From an uncultured delta proteobacterium (GTDB taxonomy: Bacteria; Desulfobacterota; Binatia; Binatales; Binataceae): DNA of 64,000 nucleotides. Under the pieces are notes generated by a model that saw only the letters and a list, made by a program, of their open reading frames with translations, was not told the DNA's origin and did not search any database. Of the stretch, positions 49,870-60,049 are shown one piece after another. The first letter of the stretch is position 1, and every line of letters starts with the position of its first letter. A program made the position numbers and the translations under genes. The stretch is taken from assembly GCA_963724765.1 (NCBI GenBank), contig CAVRVY010000004.1:1376001-1440000 (forward strand), in the 5' to 3' direction.

Positions 49870-51672
49870 GTGGCGCGGCTAACCGGAACATCGCCGGAGG
49901 CCCTCGATACCGCGCCGCGCGAGATCACACCTCGCGCGATCGTGCTTGGCCTTGCACTCGCGTTGCTGCTCGGTGCGGCCAACGCGTATCTCGGGCTGTA
50001 CGCCGGAATGACCGTCTCGGCGAGCATCCCTGCCGCGGTGATTTCGATGGCGGTGCTGCGAGCGCTCGGCCGCGCGACGATTCTCGAAAACAACGTAGTG
50101 CAGACGATAGCCTCGGCCGGAGAAGCGGTCGCGGCGGGCGCGATCTTCACTTTTCCCGCACTCGTGGTGCTGGGCGAGACCGCGGCGCTGCCCTACCGCG
50201 ACGTCACGATGCTGTGTGCGGCGGGGGCCGCGATGGGCAGTCTGCTGGTGGTCTTTTTGCGCCGCGCCTACATCGTCGACGAGCGCCTGCCGTTCCCCGA
50301 AGGCGTCGCATGCGCCGAAGTCTTGCGCGCCGGCGAGGTGGGCGGGGCCAGCGCGTTGCCGCTTTTGTGGGGCGGACTAGCCGCGGCCGCGCTCAAGGCA
50401 TCGCAGGACATCGTCGGCGCGATACCAGGCGCCGTGCAGTCCGCGCGATGGATCGGCACGCGCGTTGTTGCCGGATCGGCCGACCTCTCGGCGGCGCTGC
50501 CGGCCATCGGATACATCGTCGGAATTCGAATCGCTAGCCTGGTCTTCGGGGGCGGCGCCTTCGCCTGGCTCGTCGCGATACCAGTCATGAGCGCGTACCA
50601 TCCCGAGTTGCGCCAGCTCGATCCACAGGTGGCGGCGCACACGATCTGGAGCGGACAGGTGCGCTATCTCGGCGTGGGCGCGATGCTGGTCGGCGGACTC
50701 GCGACGCTATGGCGCCTGCGTACGCCGATTGGACGCGCGCTCGGCGAGAGCATCCGCGTGGCGCGTGCGACTCAGACGGTGGCCGTGGCACGCGAGGACC
50801 GGGACCTCTCGACCACGGCGGTGCTGGGCGCGGTCGCGCTCGCGATCCCGCTCATCTTCGCAATCTGCCTCATTCTGTCGGGTAGCGTATTCCTCAGCGC
50901 GGCGCTCGCGATCGCGCTCGCGTTCATCGGCTTCTTCGCTACCGCGATCGCCGGCTACCTGACCGGAATCGTCGGCGCGTCGAACAATCCAGTTTCCGGC
51001 GTAACGATCATCGTGCTGCTGGCGATCGCTCTGCTGCTGAAACTGTGGGGCGTGCCGGCTGGTGTCGGCCCGCACCTGGCGATCACCGCCGGCGCGGTGG
51101 TGTGCACGGCGGCCGCGATGGCGGGTGACTCCTTGCACGACCTCGCCACCGGATACCACGTCCGCGCGACGCCGCGCTCGCTCGAAATCTCCGTGTTGCT
51201 GGGCGCGCTGGCCTCGTCGCTCGTGATGGCGCCGATCCTCAATATGCTGATTCGCGGCTATGGAATCGCCGGCACGCCGGGCGCGCGCGCCGGTGCGCTG
51301 GCCGCGCCGCAGGCTTTCCTGATGGCGAAAGTGGCGCAGGGCGTTTTCGTGGGCGGCCTGCCGTGGGGCGCGGTCGCCGCGGGCGCGCTGCTCGCCGTGG
51401 CGCTGGTGGTCATCGATCAGATTCTGGAGCGGCGTGGCGCGCGATGGCGGACGCCGGTGATGCCGGTCGCGATCGGGCTTTACCTGCCGTTGGGGCTGAG
51501 CGTGGCGATCTTTCTGGGCTCGCTGACGCGGCTGATGCGCCGTGACGGCGACCGCGAGAGCAATAGCGGCCCGGGGTTGCTGTTCGCAGCCGGACTGGTG
51601 GCCGGCGAGGCGCTGATGGGTGTGCTGAGCGGCGCACTCGTGACCGTGGGAATCAAGCTGCCGCTGATGTGA
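49870..51672 (+). CDS. OPT/YSL family oligopeptide or metal-chelate transporter
   Basis: ANAYLGLYAGMTVSASIPAAV, ENNVVQT, LPFPEG.AC, SNNPVSG, APQA. Confidence 0.93.
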   Translation: MARLTGTSPEALDTAPREITPRAIVLGLALALLLGAANAYLGLYAGMTVSASIPAAVISMAVLRALGRATILENNVVQTIASAGEAVAAGAIFTFPALVVLGETAALPYRDVTMLCAAGAAMGSLLVVFLRRAYIVDERLPFPEGVACAEVLRAGEVGGASALPLLWGGLAAAALKASQDIVGAIPGAVQSARWIGTRVVAGSADLSAALPAIGYIVGIRIASLVFGGGAFAWLVAIPVMSAYHPELRQLDPQVAAHTIWSGQVRYLGVGAMLVGGLATLWRLRTPIGRALGESIRVARATQTVAVAREDRDLSTTAVLGAVALAIPLIFAICLILSGSVFLSAALAIALAFIGFFATAIAGYLTGIVGASNNPVSGVTIIVLLAIALLLKLWGVPAGVGPHLAITAGAVVCTAAAMAGDSLHDLATGYHVRATPRSLEISVLLGALASSLVMAPILNMLIRGYGIAGTPGARAGALAAPQAFLMAKVAQGVFVGGLPWGAVAAGALLAVALVVIDQILERRGARWRTPVMPVAIGLYLPLGLSVAIFLGSLTRLMRRDGDRESNSGPGLLFAAGLVAGEALMGVLSGALVTVGIKLPLM

Positions 51673-51695
51673 GCCGAACCCCCTCGAAAGAGGGA

Positions 51696-51732
51696 TTGAT
51701 CGCGGCCGCTTGGCAGATGATAATTATTATCA
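51696..51732 (+). promoter_or_regulatory. perfect Fur box overlapping a probable sigma70 promoter of the fur-family gene
   Basis: TGATAAT-T-ATTATCA (51718-51732) directly abuts ATG 51733; TTGATC-N17-GATAAT. Confidence 0.75.
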
Positions 51733-52230
51733 ATGACGGAAGTTAAACTGCTTGACGGGCTGGGACGCGGCGATTACGCCGAGGCCAGGCTCGCGGAATT
51801 CGTCGCCAACTGCCGGCGAAAAAAGATGGCGGTCACGCCGCAGCGGCTCGCCGTGCTGCGCGCGCTGCTCGAATCGGGCGACCATCCGCGCGCCGACCGG
51901 ATCTACGCCCGCGTCCGCCGCGAACATCCACGCATCTCGCTCGCCACCGTCCATCGCACGCTGGAGCGCCTGTGCGACGTCGGCGAGGCGCACAAGGTCA
52001 CGCCGTTGCATGAGACCGCGCGCTACGACGGCAATACCCGCCCGCACCATCATGTCGTTTGCGTCCGATGCAAACGGGTCGAGGATGTCGAGGCGCCTGA
52101 ATTCGACACCCTGCTCGCCGGGCGACAAACGCTCGGCGATTTCCAGTTGCTCGGATGCTCGGTCGAAGTGCGCGCGCTGTGCCATCGATGCCTCAAGCGC
52201 ACTGCCAGCCACTCCCCGTCGATAGCCTGA
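51733..52230 (+). CDS. Fur/PerR family transcriptional regulator
   Basis: TPQRLAVL, DHP.AD, SLATVHRTL, RYD, HHHVVCVRC, CHRC. Confidence 0.92.
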   Translation: MTEVKLLDGLGRGDYAEARLAEFVANCRRKKMAVTPQRLAVLRALLESGDHPRADRIYARVRREHPRISLATVHRTLERLCDVGEAHKVTPLHETARYDGNTRPHHHVVCVRCKRVEDVEAPEFDTLLAGRQTLGDFQLLGCSVEVRALCHRCLKRTASHSPSIA

Positions 52231-52236
52231 GCACGC

Positions 52237-54117
52237 TTGCGGCGCTGGGTAGTCATCGCCGCGATCCTCATCATCTTATGCGTGCATGGCGCGCTGTTGC
52301 TCTCGACGCTGACGGACCTGCGCGTCACGCTCGACTCCGGCTATCACGTTTCGCTCGCGCGCGCATACGCCGAGCACGGACTGGTACCCTGGGACCATAT
52401 CAATTTCGGGCCCGCCGGGCGGCCCAATTTGCAGGCCCCGCTGATGTATATGGCAGTCGGCGCGATAGGCCGTGCGATGGGCGGGAGGGGCGGCGATTAC
52501 GTACTCGCCAACGCGATGCTCGCGGCCGTACAATGGGCGGCGGCGATGGCGACCGCGGCCTTCTTCGCGCTGTTGCTCGGCGGCGAATGGGCGATGCTGC
52601 TGGCGGCGGCGCTGCTCAGCGGCGCCGGCTTCGCCGCGACCTCGTTCGCGATCGGAATTCCGTCGGGATGGCTCTTCATCCTGATTCCGTGGGCGATCCA
52701 TTTTTTTCTGCGCCGGCGTCTCGTGCTGGCAACGATCATCATCTCCGCGGCCATTTACGTCCACATCGCCGGCCTGGTCACGGCACCGCTTGGAATCGTG
52801 GTGGCCGCGGTGCTCAGCCGCCGATGGCGCGATCTCCTTTTGGTCGGAATCGCCACCGCGATCATCACCGCCCCTTACTCCGTGCATTGCCTGCGCTACG
52901 TCGGATGGTTCAGCGGAGTGCGCAACTACTCGGCATTGCTATTCGATCCGATGCTCGACGTGCTCGGACTCGTCGGTCTCGTCGCAGCACTCAGGCATCC
53001 GCGCGACAATGCCCTGCTGGTCGCATGGGCGGCCGCGCCTGTGGCGTGGCTTTTTCAGGACCCGAGCCGATTTATCCTGCAATCAGGGCTGGCGGCGAGC
53101 GTGCTAGCGGCGGTTTGGCTGGTGGCGCGGCTCGCACGGATGCGCGGCACGCCTCGCACGGTATGCGTTGCCATAATAACGGCGATCGCAACGCTCTGTC
53201 CGTTTGGAGTGCCCGCGCTGGCAACCGAAGTGGCGTGGTCGCTCGGGTTTCGTTATCCGCGAGCCATCGATTGGAAAAGCGCCGAGACACTTGCCGGCGT
53301 GATCCAGCATAACGATCTTTCCGGAAAACTGGTCTCCGATTACCAACCTTCGCTATGCCCTGCGATCGCGGTCTATGCGCCAATCTCCTGCGACAAGGGC
53401 CACTGGGTTGAAGTACAGCCGCAGGTCGATCCAGCCGACGCGCTTTCCGCCGCGCGCAAGGTCTACGTGCTTGCGCTAAAGTCCGACGACACTGCGCTCG
53501 AGGCGATGGCGCGGCGCGGTTGGCTGCGGGTGTGGGGCGGAACGAGCGGAACGGCCGATTCAACCGTAGTGACCCTTGCCGCGCGTGCTCCACTCGACGC
53601 CGCATCCGCGGCTGTCGGGCAAATGGTCGCGACCGAGGCCGCCTGGCTGTCCTCGCACGCAGTCAACAACTCGTTTCGCGGTGGCGACTGGCTGGCGATG
53701 CTCTCGCCGGTGGCGATGCAAACCCGCCGCGCCCGGTTGCTTGAACAACGCGAGCGCGCGGGACGAATTCAGCTGGCGCTCCTCGTTTATGCGTATGCGC
53801 TGGAGCCCGATTTTCCGCGGCAGGCGGCGCGGATACGGCGCGCGGCGCGCGCCTTCGGTGTGATCGCGAGTTTTTTGGGCGACGGTCTCGCACTCGACTT
53901 CGAAAACGACGCGGCGACGGCGCGATTGAAATGGCGGCTTGGATTGCTCGCGTCTGCGGCGCAATCGACGGGTCGGCAGCCGCCTCCCGACATGGAACTC
54001 GAGCGCGCGCTGGACGAGACGCTCGAGGTTTACCTGGTTACGAAGGGCGCAACCTTCGCCGAGCGGCCGCCGGAAAATCCTCTGCCATGGCTTTCCGCGC
54101 TGCCGTCGGCGCACTGA
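52237..54117 (+). CDS. polytopic membrane protein, putative GT-C fold (STT3-like N-terminus)
   Basis: TM1 then DSGYH...EHG..PWD....P.GRP loop, many TM segments, soluble C-terminal domain. Confidence 0.55.
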   Translation: MRRWVVIAAILIILCVHGALLLSTLTDLRVTLDSGYHVSLARAYAEHGLVPWDHINFGPAGRPNLQAPLMYMAVGAIGRAMGGRGGDYVLANAMLAAVQWAAAMATAAFFALLLGGEWAMLLAAALLSGAGFAATSFAIGIPSGWLFILIPWAIHFFLRRRLVLATIIISAAIYVHIAGLVTAPLGIVVAAVLSRRWRDLLLVGIATAIITAPYSVHCLRYVGWFSGVRNYSALLFDPMLDVLGLVGLVAALRHPRDNALLVAWAAAPVAWLFQDPSRFILQSGLAASVLAAVWLVARLARMRGTPRTVCVAIITAIATLCPFGVPALATEVAWSLGFRYPRAIDWKSAETLAGVIQHNDLSGKLVSDYQPSLCPAIAVYAPISCDKGHWVEVQPQVDPADALSAARKVYVLALKSDDTALEAMARRGWLRVWGGTSGTADSTVVTLAARAPLDAASAAVGQMVATEAAWLSSHAVNNSFRGGDWLAMLSPVAMQTRRARLLEQRERAGRIQLALLVYAYALEPDFPRQAARIRRAARAFGVIASFLGDGLALDFENDAATARLKWRLGLLASAAQSTGRQPPPDMELERALDETLEVYLVTKGATFAERPPENPLPWLSALPSAH

Positions 54118-54139
54118 GCACAGCGCCAGCGCGCGGCCG

Positions 54140-54427
54140 CTAACTCGAAACCGGCCGCGAGATTGAGAATCCGGCGCGCGGCGCGCCGCGATTTCCATAG
54201 CGCCGGAGCAACTCGCGCCGCGAAAGCCATACCTCTCGCGTATATGAATGCGACGTCGTGCCCTTGTCGATACGAGTGAGCCCGTCGACCGTGTAGAGCA
54301 ACAGCAGGCCGGTCATGAAAATCCGGGCGAGCCGCAAACGCAGATTCATGGACCGCTCGCGCGCGCTGAATCCGATCCTGACCGCGGCGTTGGCAATCAG
54401 CGTTATCCCGAAGAAGGGCTCGTGCAA
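54140..54427 (-). CDS. possible small membrane-associated hypothetical protein
   Basis: TTG start after GGGGGAAG; hydrophobic segment IFMTGLLLLY; TATAAT upstream near 54478-54490. Confidence 0.25.
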   Translation of the reverse strand: MHEPFFGITLIANAAVRIGFSARERSMNLRLRLARIFMTGLLLLYTVDGLTRIDKGTTSHSYTREVWLSRRELLRRYGNRGAPRAGFSISRPVSS

Positions 54428-54760
54428 ATCCAGACTTCCCCCCGGCGACTCGCATACCCGATGCCCCCATTTCACTATTATTATAGTTACAGACGGCGCT
54501 GCACGGCCAAGAATTCGATACGCGCATCGCGACGGGCTGCGAAATTTGTGCGTGAGCACAGGTAGTCGGCGGAGGTGCGCATAGCCTGCGCATGCAAGGG
54601 GTTTCTGCCCGGTACTCGCGGAGGCCGCGCGATTTTTGCATAATGACCGCCACGTTCGTGTTAGCGCGAAACTCGAGGCTTCGGCTGCCGCCTGAAACAG
54701 CCGCTGCGGCCGCGCCGCGCACTGAGTTCTATCGCCGGGCCACGTCCCGATAACCCACTG

Positions 54761-56371
54761 ATGGCAGAAGCCGCCGCAACGATCGAAGCGCCAGCGCAGG
54801 CGCACGCCTACGTCGAAGGAGCGCTCAAGTGGCTGATCGCGCTGGCCGTCATTCTGTGCACCATCCTGGAGGTGCTCGACAGCTCGATAGTTAACGTCGC
54901 ACTGCCGCACATGCAGGGCAGTTTCTCGGCCAGCGTCGATGAAGTGACCTGGGTCGTGACAACCTACCTGGTGGCCGCCGGCATCATGATCCCGACTACC
55001 GGATGGATCGCCGGCCAATTCGGGCGCAAGAACTACTTCCTGGTCTGCATCGTCACCTTCGTTCTGTCCTCAGCGATGTGCGGCGCGGCGCAGACGCTCA
55101 ATCAGATGGTGGCGTTCCGCTTCCTGCAGGGAATCGCCGGCGCCGCGCTGCAGCCGCTCTCACAGGCGATCCTGATGGAGACCTTCCCGCCCAACGAGCA
55201 GGCGCTCGCGATGGCGATGTGGGGGGTTGGGCTGATGGTCGCGCCGATCATGGGTCCGACGGTGGGCGGCTGGATTACCGACAACTGGAACTGGCGCTGG
55301 AACTTTTACATCAACGTGCCAATCGGCATCGCAGCCGGGTTGATGGTTTACACCTTCGTTCACGATCCGCCGTACTTACGCAGGCTCAAGGGCAAGGGCG
55401 GCGCCGACTACCTGGGAATCCTGTGCCTGGTGCTTTCGCTGGGGCTGGGCGAGATCGTGATGGACCGCGGCGACCGTGCCGATTGGTTCCAGAGCGCGTG
55501 GGTCTGTTATTTCTCGGCGATCGCGCTCAGCGCCTTCGTAGTGCTGAGCGTGCACGAGTGGCGCACGCCCAAACCGATCCTCCAGGTGAAGCTGGTCACC
55601 AACCGCTCCTTCGCCGTTCCGACGATGCTGCTCATCATCCTGACCTTCACCGCCTATGGAATGCAGATTCTCAATCCGGTCTTCCTGCAGGAGTTGCTCG
55701 GCTACACCGCGTGGAAAGCCGGGCTGGCGATGGCGCCGCGCGGTATGGGCGTGATGGCGGCGATGTTCCTGCTGGGCGCAATCGCGCGCAAAGGCTACGA
55801 CACCCGCAAGCTGGTCTTCCTCGGCTTCATCCTGATCGCCCTCGCCCAATGGGAACTGTCGACGCTCGACCTCTCGATGAGCATCTCGAACTTCGTCTGG
55901 CCCACGGTAGTGCAGGGAATCGGGATGGGCCTGATTTTCCCGACCCTGGCGGGCGCGGCGCTGAGCTCGGTCAGCCGCGAGAACATGGGCTACGCGGCGA
56001 GTTTCTTTTCGATGGTGCGCAACATCGGCGCTTCGATCGGGACCTCGACACTGACGACCTATCTCACACGGCTCGAACAAACCCGCCAAAGCTACCTGGT
56101 AAACCATCTCACGGTATTCGACGCCTGGCGCCTCGGAGAAAGCGGCACACATTTGCCCGGATCGATGCGCTTCGACTACATGCATCAACTCGTCACCGGC
56201 CAGAAACAGGGACTGGCAATGATCTACGGCCAAGTGCAGCGGCAGGCGATGATGCTCTCCCTCAACAACATCTACCGCGCGCTGTGCTACCTGATGGCCG
56301 TCGCGCTCATCATCACCGTCTTCCTGCCGCGCACCAGAACGCAAGGCGGCGCAGCTGCCGCGGCTCACTGA
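54761..56371 (+). CDS. DHA2 (EmrB/QacA) MFS efflux transporter
   Basis: LDSSIVNVALP, WVVTTYL, FRFLQG, APIMGPTVGG, WRWNFYINVPIG, RNIGASIG. Confidence 0.93.
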   Translation: MAEAAATIEAPAQAHAYVEGALKWLIALAVILCTILEVLDSSIVNVALPHMQGSFSASVDEVTWVVTTYLVAAGIMIPTTGWIAGQFGRKNYFLVCIVTFVLSSAMCGAAQTLNQMVAFRFLQGIAGAALQPLSQAILMETFPPNEQALAMAMWGVGLMVAPIMGPTVGGWITDNWNWRWNFYINVPIGIAAGLMVYTFVHDPPYLRRLKGKGGADYLGILCLVLSLGLGEIVMDRGDRADWFQSAWVCYFSAIALSAFVVLSVHEWRTPKPILQVKLVTNRSFAVPTMLLIILTFTAYGMQILNPVFLQELLGYTAWKAGLAMAPRGMGVMAAMFLLGAIARKGYDTRKLVFLGFILIALAQWELSTLDLSMSISNFVWPTVVQGIGMGLIFPTLAGAALSSVSRENMGYAASFFSMVRNIGASIGTSTLTTYLTRLEQTRQSYLVNHLTVFDAWRLGESGTHLPGSMRFDYMHQLVTGQKQGLAMIYGQVQRQAMMLSLNNIYRALCYLMAVALIITVFLPRTRTQGGAAAAAH

Positions 56372-56541
56372 ATCCCTGGCGCGCGCCGCCGACGCCCCCG
56401 GGCGCTCGCTATTGCCCACCTTACGCGAATGCTCTAGCGTGATTTCGTGATCGATGAGCCGGGAACTTCGCCGCGTTTCGCGTCGCACGGCAGCCCGTCC
56501 TTTAAGATTCGCGTCACGCTCTTCGCCGCCTGGCGAACCAT

Positions 56542-57531
56542 GTGAGCAAATCGCCTGGAGAATTCCACCTGATCGAGCGGCTGCTGAAGCGCCTGGGCTC
56601 GGGCCGCCGCGCTATCCTGGGGCCCGGCGATGATTGCGCGATCCTGTCACCCGCCCGCGCCCGCCAGCTTTTCACCATCGACTCGATGGTCGAGGACGTG
56701 CATTTCAAGCTTGCGTGGGGAACGCCGGAGGCGCTCGGCGCGCGCGCGTTGACGGTTAACCTCAGCGATATCGCCGCAATGGGCGGGAAACCGACCGTAT
56801 GCGTGGTCAACCTCGCAGTGCGCGACGGACTCGGCATGCGATTCTTCGATCGGCTTTACGAGGGGCTCCGCAGGGCGGCGGCCCGCGCCGAAGTCGAGGT
56901 GGTCGGCGGCAACATCACCCGCGCGGGCGCGCTCGCCATCACCATCGCGCTGCTCGGCGAAGTGCGCGGTGCGGCGCTCCGGCGCGACGCCGCACGTCCC
57001 GGCGATACCGTCTACGTCACCGGCACCCTGGGCGACGCCGCTGCCGGACTGCGCATTCTCTCGGGACGGCTCCGCGCCCGCGCCGCAGCGCGCAAGTTCC
57101 TTATAGACCGCTTCCTGCAACCGGCCGCGCGCCTTAGGGCTGGGCTCGGCCTGGCTCGCATCAAGCCGGCGCCCGCCGCAATCGACCTGAGCGACGGGCT
57201 GTGGCAGGACCTCGGTCACCTGCTCGAACGGAGCCGGGCCGGCGCCGAGATCGACGCCGATGCGCTGCCGCTCTCCGCGGCCTACCGCGCCGTTGTCGGC
57301 GACGACCCGGCGCTCGCACTCGGCGGCGGCGAGGACTACGAACTGCTGTTCTGTCTGCGCCATGCTGTTCCCGCGCCCGCGCTTACCCGCAACCTGGGCG
57401 TGTGCGTCAGCCGTATCGGCCGCATAACTTCCTCCGGCAAAGCGGTCCTGGTGGATGCCCACGGTTCGGTCCGTCCCGGCGCGCCGCGGCTTGCGGGATG
57501 GGACCAGCTGCGCTCACGGGCGGGCGGATAG
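56542..57531 (+). CDS. thiL: thiamine-monophosphate kinase
   Basis: GEFHLI, GPGDDCA, DVHF, VNLSDIAAMGG, GTLGDA, DLSDGL, GGEDYELLF. Confidence 0.94.
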   Translation: MSKSPGEFHLIERLLKRLGSGRRAILGPGDDCAILSPARARQLFTIDSMVEDVHFKLAWGTPEALGARALTVNLSDIAAMGGKPTVCVVNLAVRDGLGMRFFDRLYEGLRRAAARAEVEVVGGNITRAGALAITIALLGEVRGAALRRDAARPGDTVYVTGTLGDAAAGLRILSGRLRARAAARKFLIDRFLQPAARLRAGLGLARIKPAPAAIDLSDGLWQDLGHLLERSRAGAEIDADALPLSAAYRAVVGDDPALALGGGEDYELLFCLRHAVPAPALTRNLGVCVSRIGRITSSGKAVLVDAHGSVRPGAPRLAGWDQLRSRAGG

Positions 57532-57550
57532 GCGATCGAATTAATCGGCG

Positions 57551-58756
57551 ATGCTGTTGCTAGTGGTTATCGTGCTGCTCGGAGCGAGCGCCCTGCTCGC
57601 CGCGTCGGAAACCGCGCTGTTCGCGCTGGCGCGGATGCAGCATACGCGTGCGAGCCTGGGCGAAGCTGCGGCAAAAGCGGTTGCTTCCTTGCTGCGCCAT
57701 CCGCTCGAATCGCTGATGGTGATCATCGGATTTAACGAGGCGATCAATGTCTTCGCCGAATGCCTCGCGACCACCTTTCTCCTGACCTGGCTGGGACCGC
57801 CGGGAGGATGGATCTCAGTGCCGGTGATGTTTGTGCTGGTCCTGCTGGTCAGCGACATCACGCCCAAGACCTTCGCGCTCGGCTTTCCGGCCGCGGTGGC
57901 GCGGCTCACCGCGCGGCCGCTTGCCGCGGTGGCGTTGACCTTCCATCCGTTGGCGAGGCTTTTGGTGCCCGGGGAGGCGGCGCCCGCCGCGCCGCTCTCG
58001 GAGAGCGAGTTCAAGGCGCTGCTCATTGCCAGCGAGCGGTTTGGCCAGGTGGCGCCGGCCGAGCGTGAATTGATCGACAAGGTGTTTGCATTCGGCTCGC
58101 GGCGCGTCTCCGAAGTCATGACCCCACGCGAACGGATCTTCGCGCTCGACCTCGACACCGCCGTCGACCGCATCATCGCCGAAGTCGCCCACGGCCATTA
58201 CTCGCGCGTTCCCGTCTATCGCGGAAATTCCAACAACATCGTAGGCGTGCTGCGCGCCAAGGATTTGATTGCGCGCCGCCTGGAGTCCGCGCCGCCGCGC
58301 CTGGAGCGGCTAATCCGCGAACCCTACTTTGTGCCGCCGGGCAAGACGCTCGGCGAATTATTCGACGAGATGCGCCGGCGCCGCTTCCAGCTTGCATTCG
58401 TGGTCGACGAATACGGCCGTCTGCTCGGGCTGGTCACGCTCGAGGACCTGCTCGAGGAACTGTTCGGCGAACTGCGCGACGAATTCGAGCTCGAAGGGCC
58501 CGACCTTACCGAAGCCGGCGCGGGCGAATGGCTGGCGGCCGGCACCATCAACCTGACCCGTCTAACGGAGGCGCTCGACGGCGGCAAATCTTTTGCCGCC
58601 CGCGGCCATGAACGCACGTTGAGTTCGCTGGTGCTGCGCCGGCTCGGCCGCGTCCCACAACCCGGCGAGCAGCTCCGCCTGGGCGCCTTCGAGGCGAAGA
58701 TCGAAAAGGTACGCGGCGCAACGGTCGAGCTGGTGAGGCTCAAACAATGCGGCTAG
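57551..58756 (+). CDS. CNNM/CorC (hemolysin-like, DUF21-CBS-CorC) transporter-associated protein
   Basis: ASETALF, DITPKT, VMTPR, YSRVPVY, VVDEYG, TLEDLLEELFGE. Confidence 0.9.
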   Translation: MLLLVVIVLLGASALLAASETALFALARMQHTRASLGEAAAKAVASLLRHPLESLMVIIGFNEAINVFAECLATTFLLTWLGPPGGWISVPVMFVLVLLVSDITPKTFALGFPAAVARLTARPLAAVALTFHPLARLLVPGEAAPAAPLSESEFKALLIASERFGQVAPAERELIDKVFAFGSRRVSEVMTPRERIFALDLDTAVDRIIAEVAHGHYSRVPVYRGNSNNIVGVLRAKDLIARRLESAPPRLERLIREPYFVPPGKTLGELFDEMRRRRFQLAFVVDEYGRLLGLVTLEDLLEELFGELRDEFELEGPDLTEAGAGEWLAAGTINLTRLTEALDGGKSFAARGHERTLSSLVLRRLGRVPQPGEQLRLGAFEAKIEKVRGATVELVRLKQCG

Positions 58757-60033
58757 GCCCTCTCATCGCCGCGATCGCCGCGTGCCTGGTAGTACAGGCC
58801 TTTTTCGCCGCCAGCGAAATCGCGATGGTGGTGATCGACGAGAGCAAGCTCGGCAGCGCCAACCAGCGCGACGGGCGCGAATCTCCGTTGCTGCTCGCGC
58901 TGCTGCGCCGCCGCGAGCGCGTGCTGGCCCTGACGCTCACCGGGGCCAACCTGGCGACCGTTATCGCCGCCAGCGTGCTCACCACTTTCCTGCATCAGTT
59001 CGGTCCCAACACTTCCTATCTCGCTCCCTTCGTGCTGGCGCCGTTGACTCTGCTGATCGGCGAATCGCTGCCCAAGCTGCTAACCTTCCGCCATCCAATC
59101 AGCTTCGCGCGGGTCGCCACGCGCCCGTTGCGCGCGCTGGAGGCCGCCTTCTGGCCTTTGCTCGAAGCCGAAACGGTGGTCAGCCGATGGCTGAGAAGGA
59201 TTGCCGGCGTACCCGCGGAAATGCAAAGCGTGTTTATCACGCGCGAGGACCTCGCATTGATGATTCGTTCGCTTGGCGATCAGCCGCAGCCACCGATCGC
59301 CGACGCGATTTTGCCAGCTGAACGGCAGATGATCAGCCGCATCTTCCGCTTCAAGAACGCCGAGGCGCGGCAGGCGATGGTGCCGTTGCTGCGAGTGGAG
59401 GCGGTCGCGCTCGAGACCACGCTGGCCGAGGCGGCCGAAATCGCCCGGCGCACCGGCTTCAGCCGCATCCCGGTCTTCGAAAAGCGCATCGTGAACATCG
59501 TGGGCCTGCTCCACGTCTTCGACCTGCTCGAAGCGCCCGACTTGAGCCGCTCGGTCCAGGAAGTGATGCGCCAGGTGGTTTACTTCGCCGAGTCCACGCC
59601 GCTCGATGAAATCCTGCTCACCTTCCAGCGCACCGGCCAGAACCTCGCCGTGATCGTCGACGAGTACGGCGGCGCGGCGGGAATTCTGACGCTCGAGGAT
59701 CTGCTCGAGGAAATCGTGGGCGAGATCGAAGAGGAGCACGGCCCCGGCGAGGAACTCGTGCGCGTGATAAGTCCGCGCGCGCTGAGCGCGTCGGCGCGCG
59801 CACCGGTGACCGAGCTCAACGAACGCTTCGGCCTCAGGCTGCCGGAAAGCGGTGAGTATGCTACGATTGGGGGGCTTGTGGTCGAACGTCTAGGTCATAT
59901 TCCCCGGCCCGGCGAACAGCTCAAGGCAGGCGAAGCGACACTCACAGTGGTGCGCGCCGACGCTCGCGCGGTGCGTGAGATCCTGATCACACCGGCGCGG
60001 CCGCTGGACGCCGAATATTCACGCCGGCGATGA
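58747..60033 (+). CDS. second CNNM/CorC family protein
   Basis: FFAASEIA, GESLPK, FSRIPVF, IVDEYGG, TLEDLLEEIVGEI, TIGG. Confidence 0.9.
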   Translation: MRLGPLIAAIAACLVVQAFFAASEIAMVVIDESKLGSANQRDGRESPLLLALLRRRERVLALTLTGANLATVIAASVLTTFLHQFGPNTSYLAPFVLAPLTLLIGESLPKLLTFRHPISFARVATRPLRALEAAFWPLLEAETVVSRWLRRIAGVPAEMQSVFITREDLALMIRSLGDQPQPPIADAILPAERQMISRIFRFKNAEARQAMVPLLRVEAVALETTLAEAAEIARRTGFSRIPVFEKRIVNIVGLLHVFDLLEAPDLSRSVQEVMRQVVYFAESTPLDEILLTFQRTGQNLAVIVDEYGGAAGILTLEDLLEEIVGEIEEEHGPGEELVRVISPRALSASARAPVTELNERFGLRLPESGEYATIGGLVVERLGHIPRPGEQLKAGEATLTVVRADARAVREILITPARPLDAEYSRRR

Positions 60034-60049
60034 CCCAAGAGCATTTACG

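Noticed and set aside
56372-56541. TPP riboswitch upstream of thiL
   Set aside because: The conserved CTGAGA and related aptamer motifs are absent.
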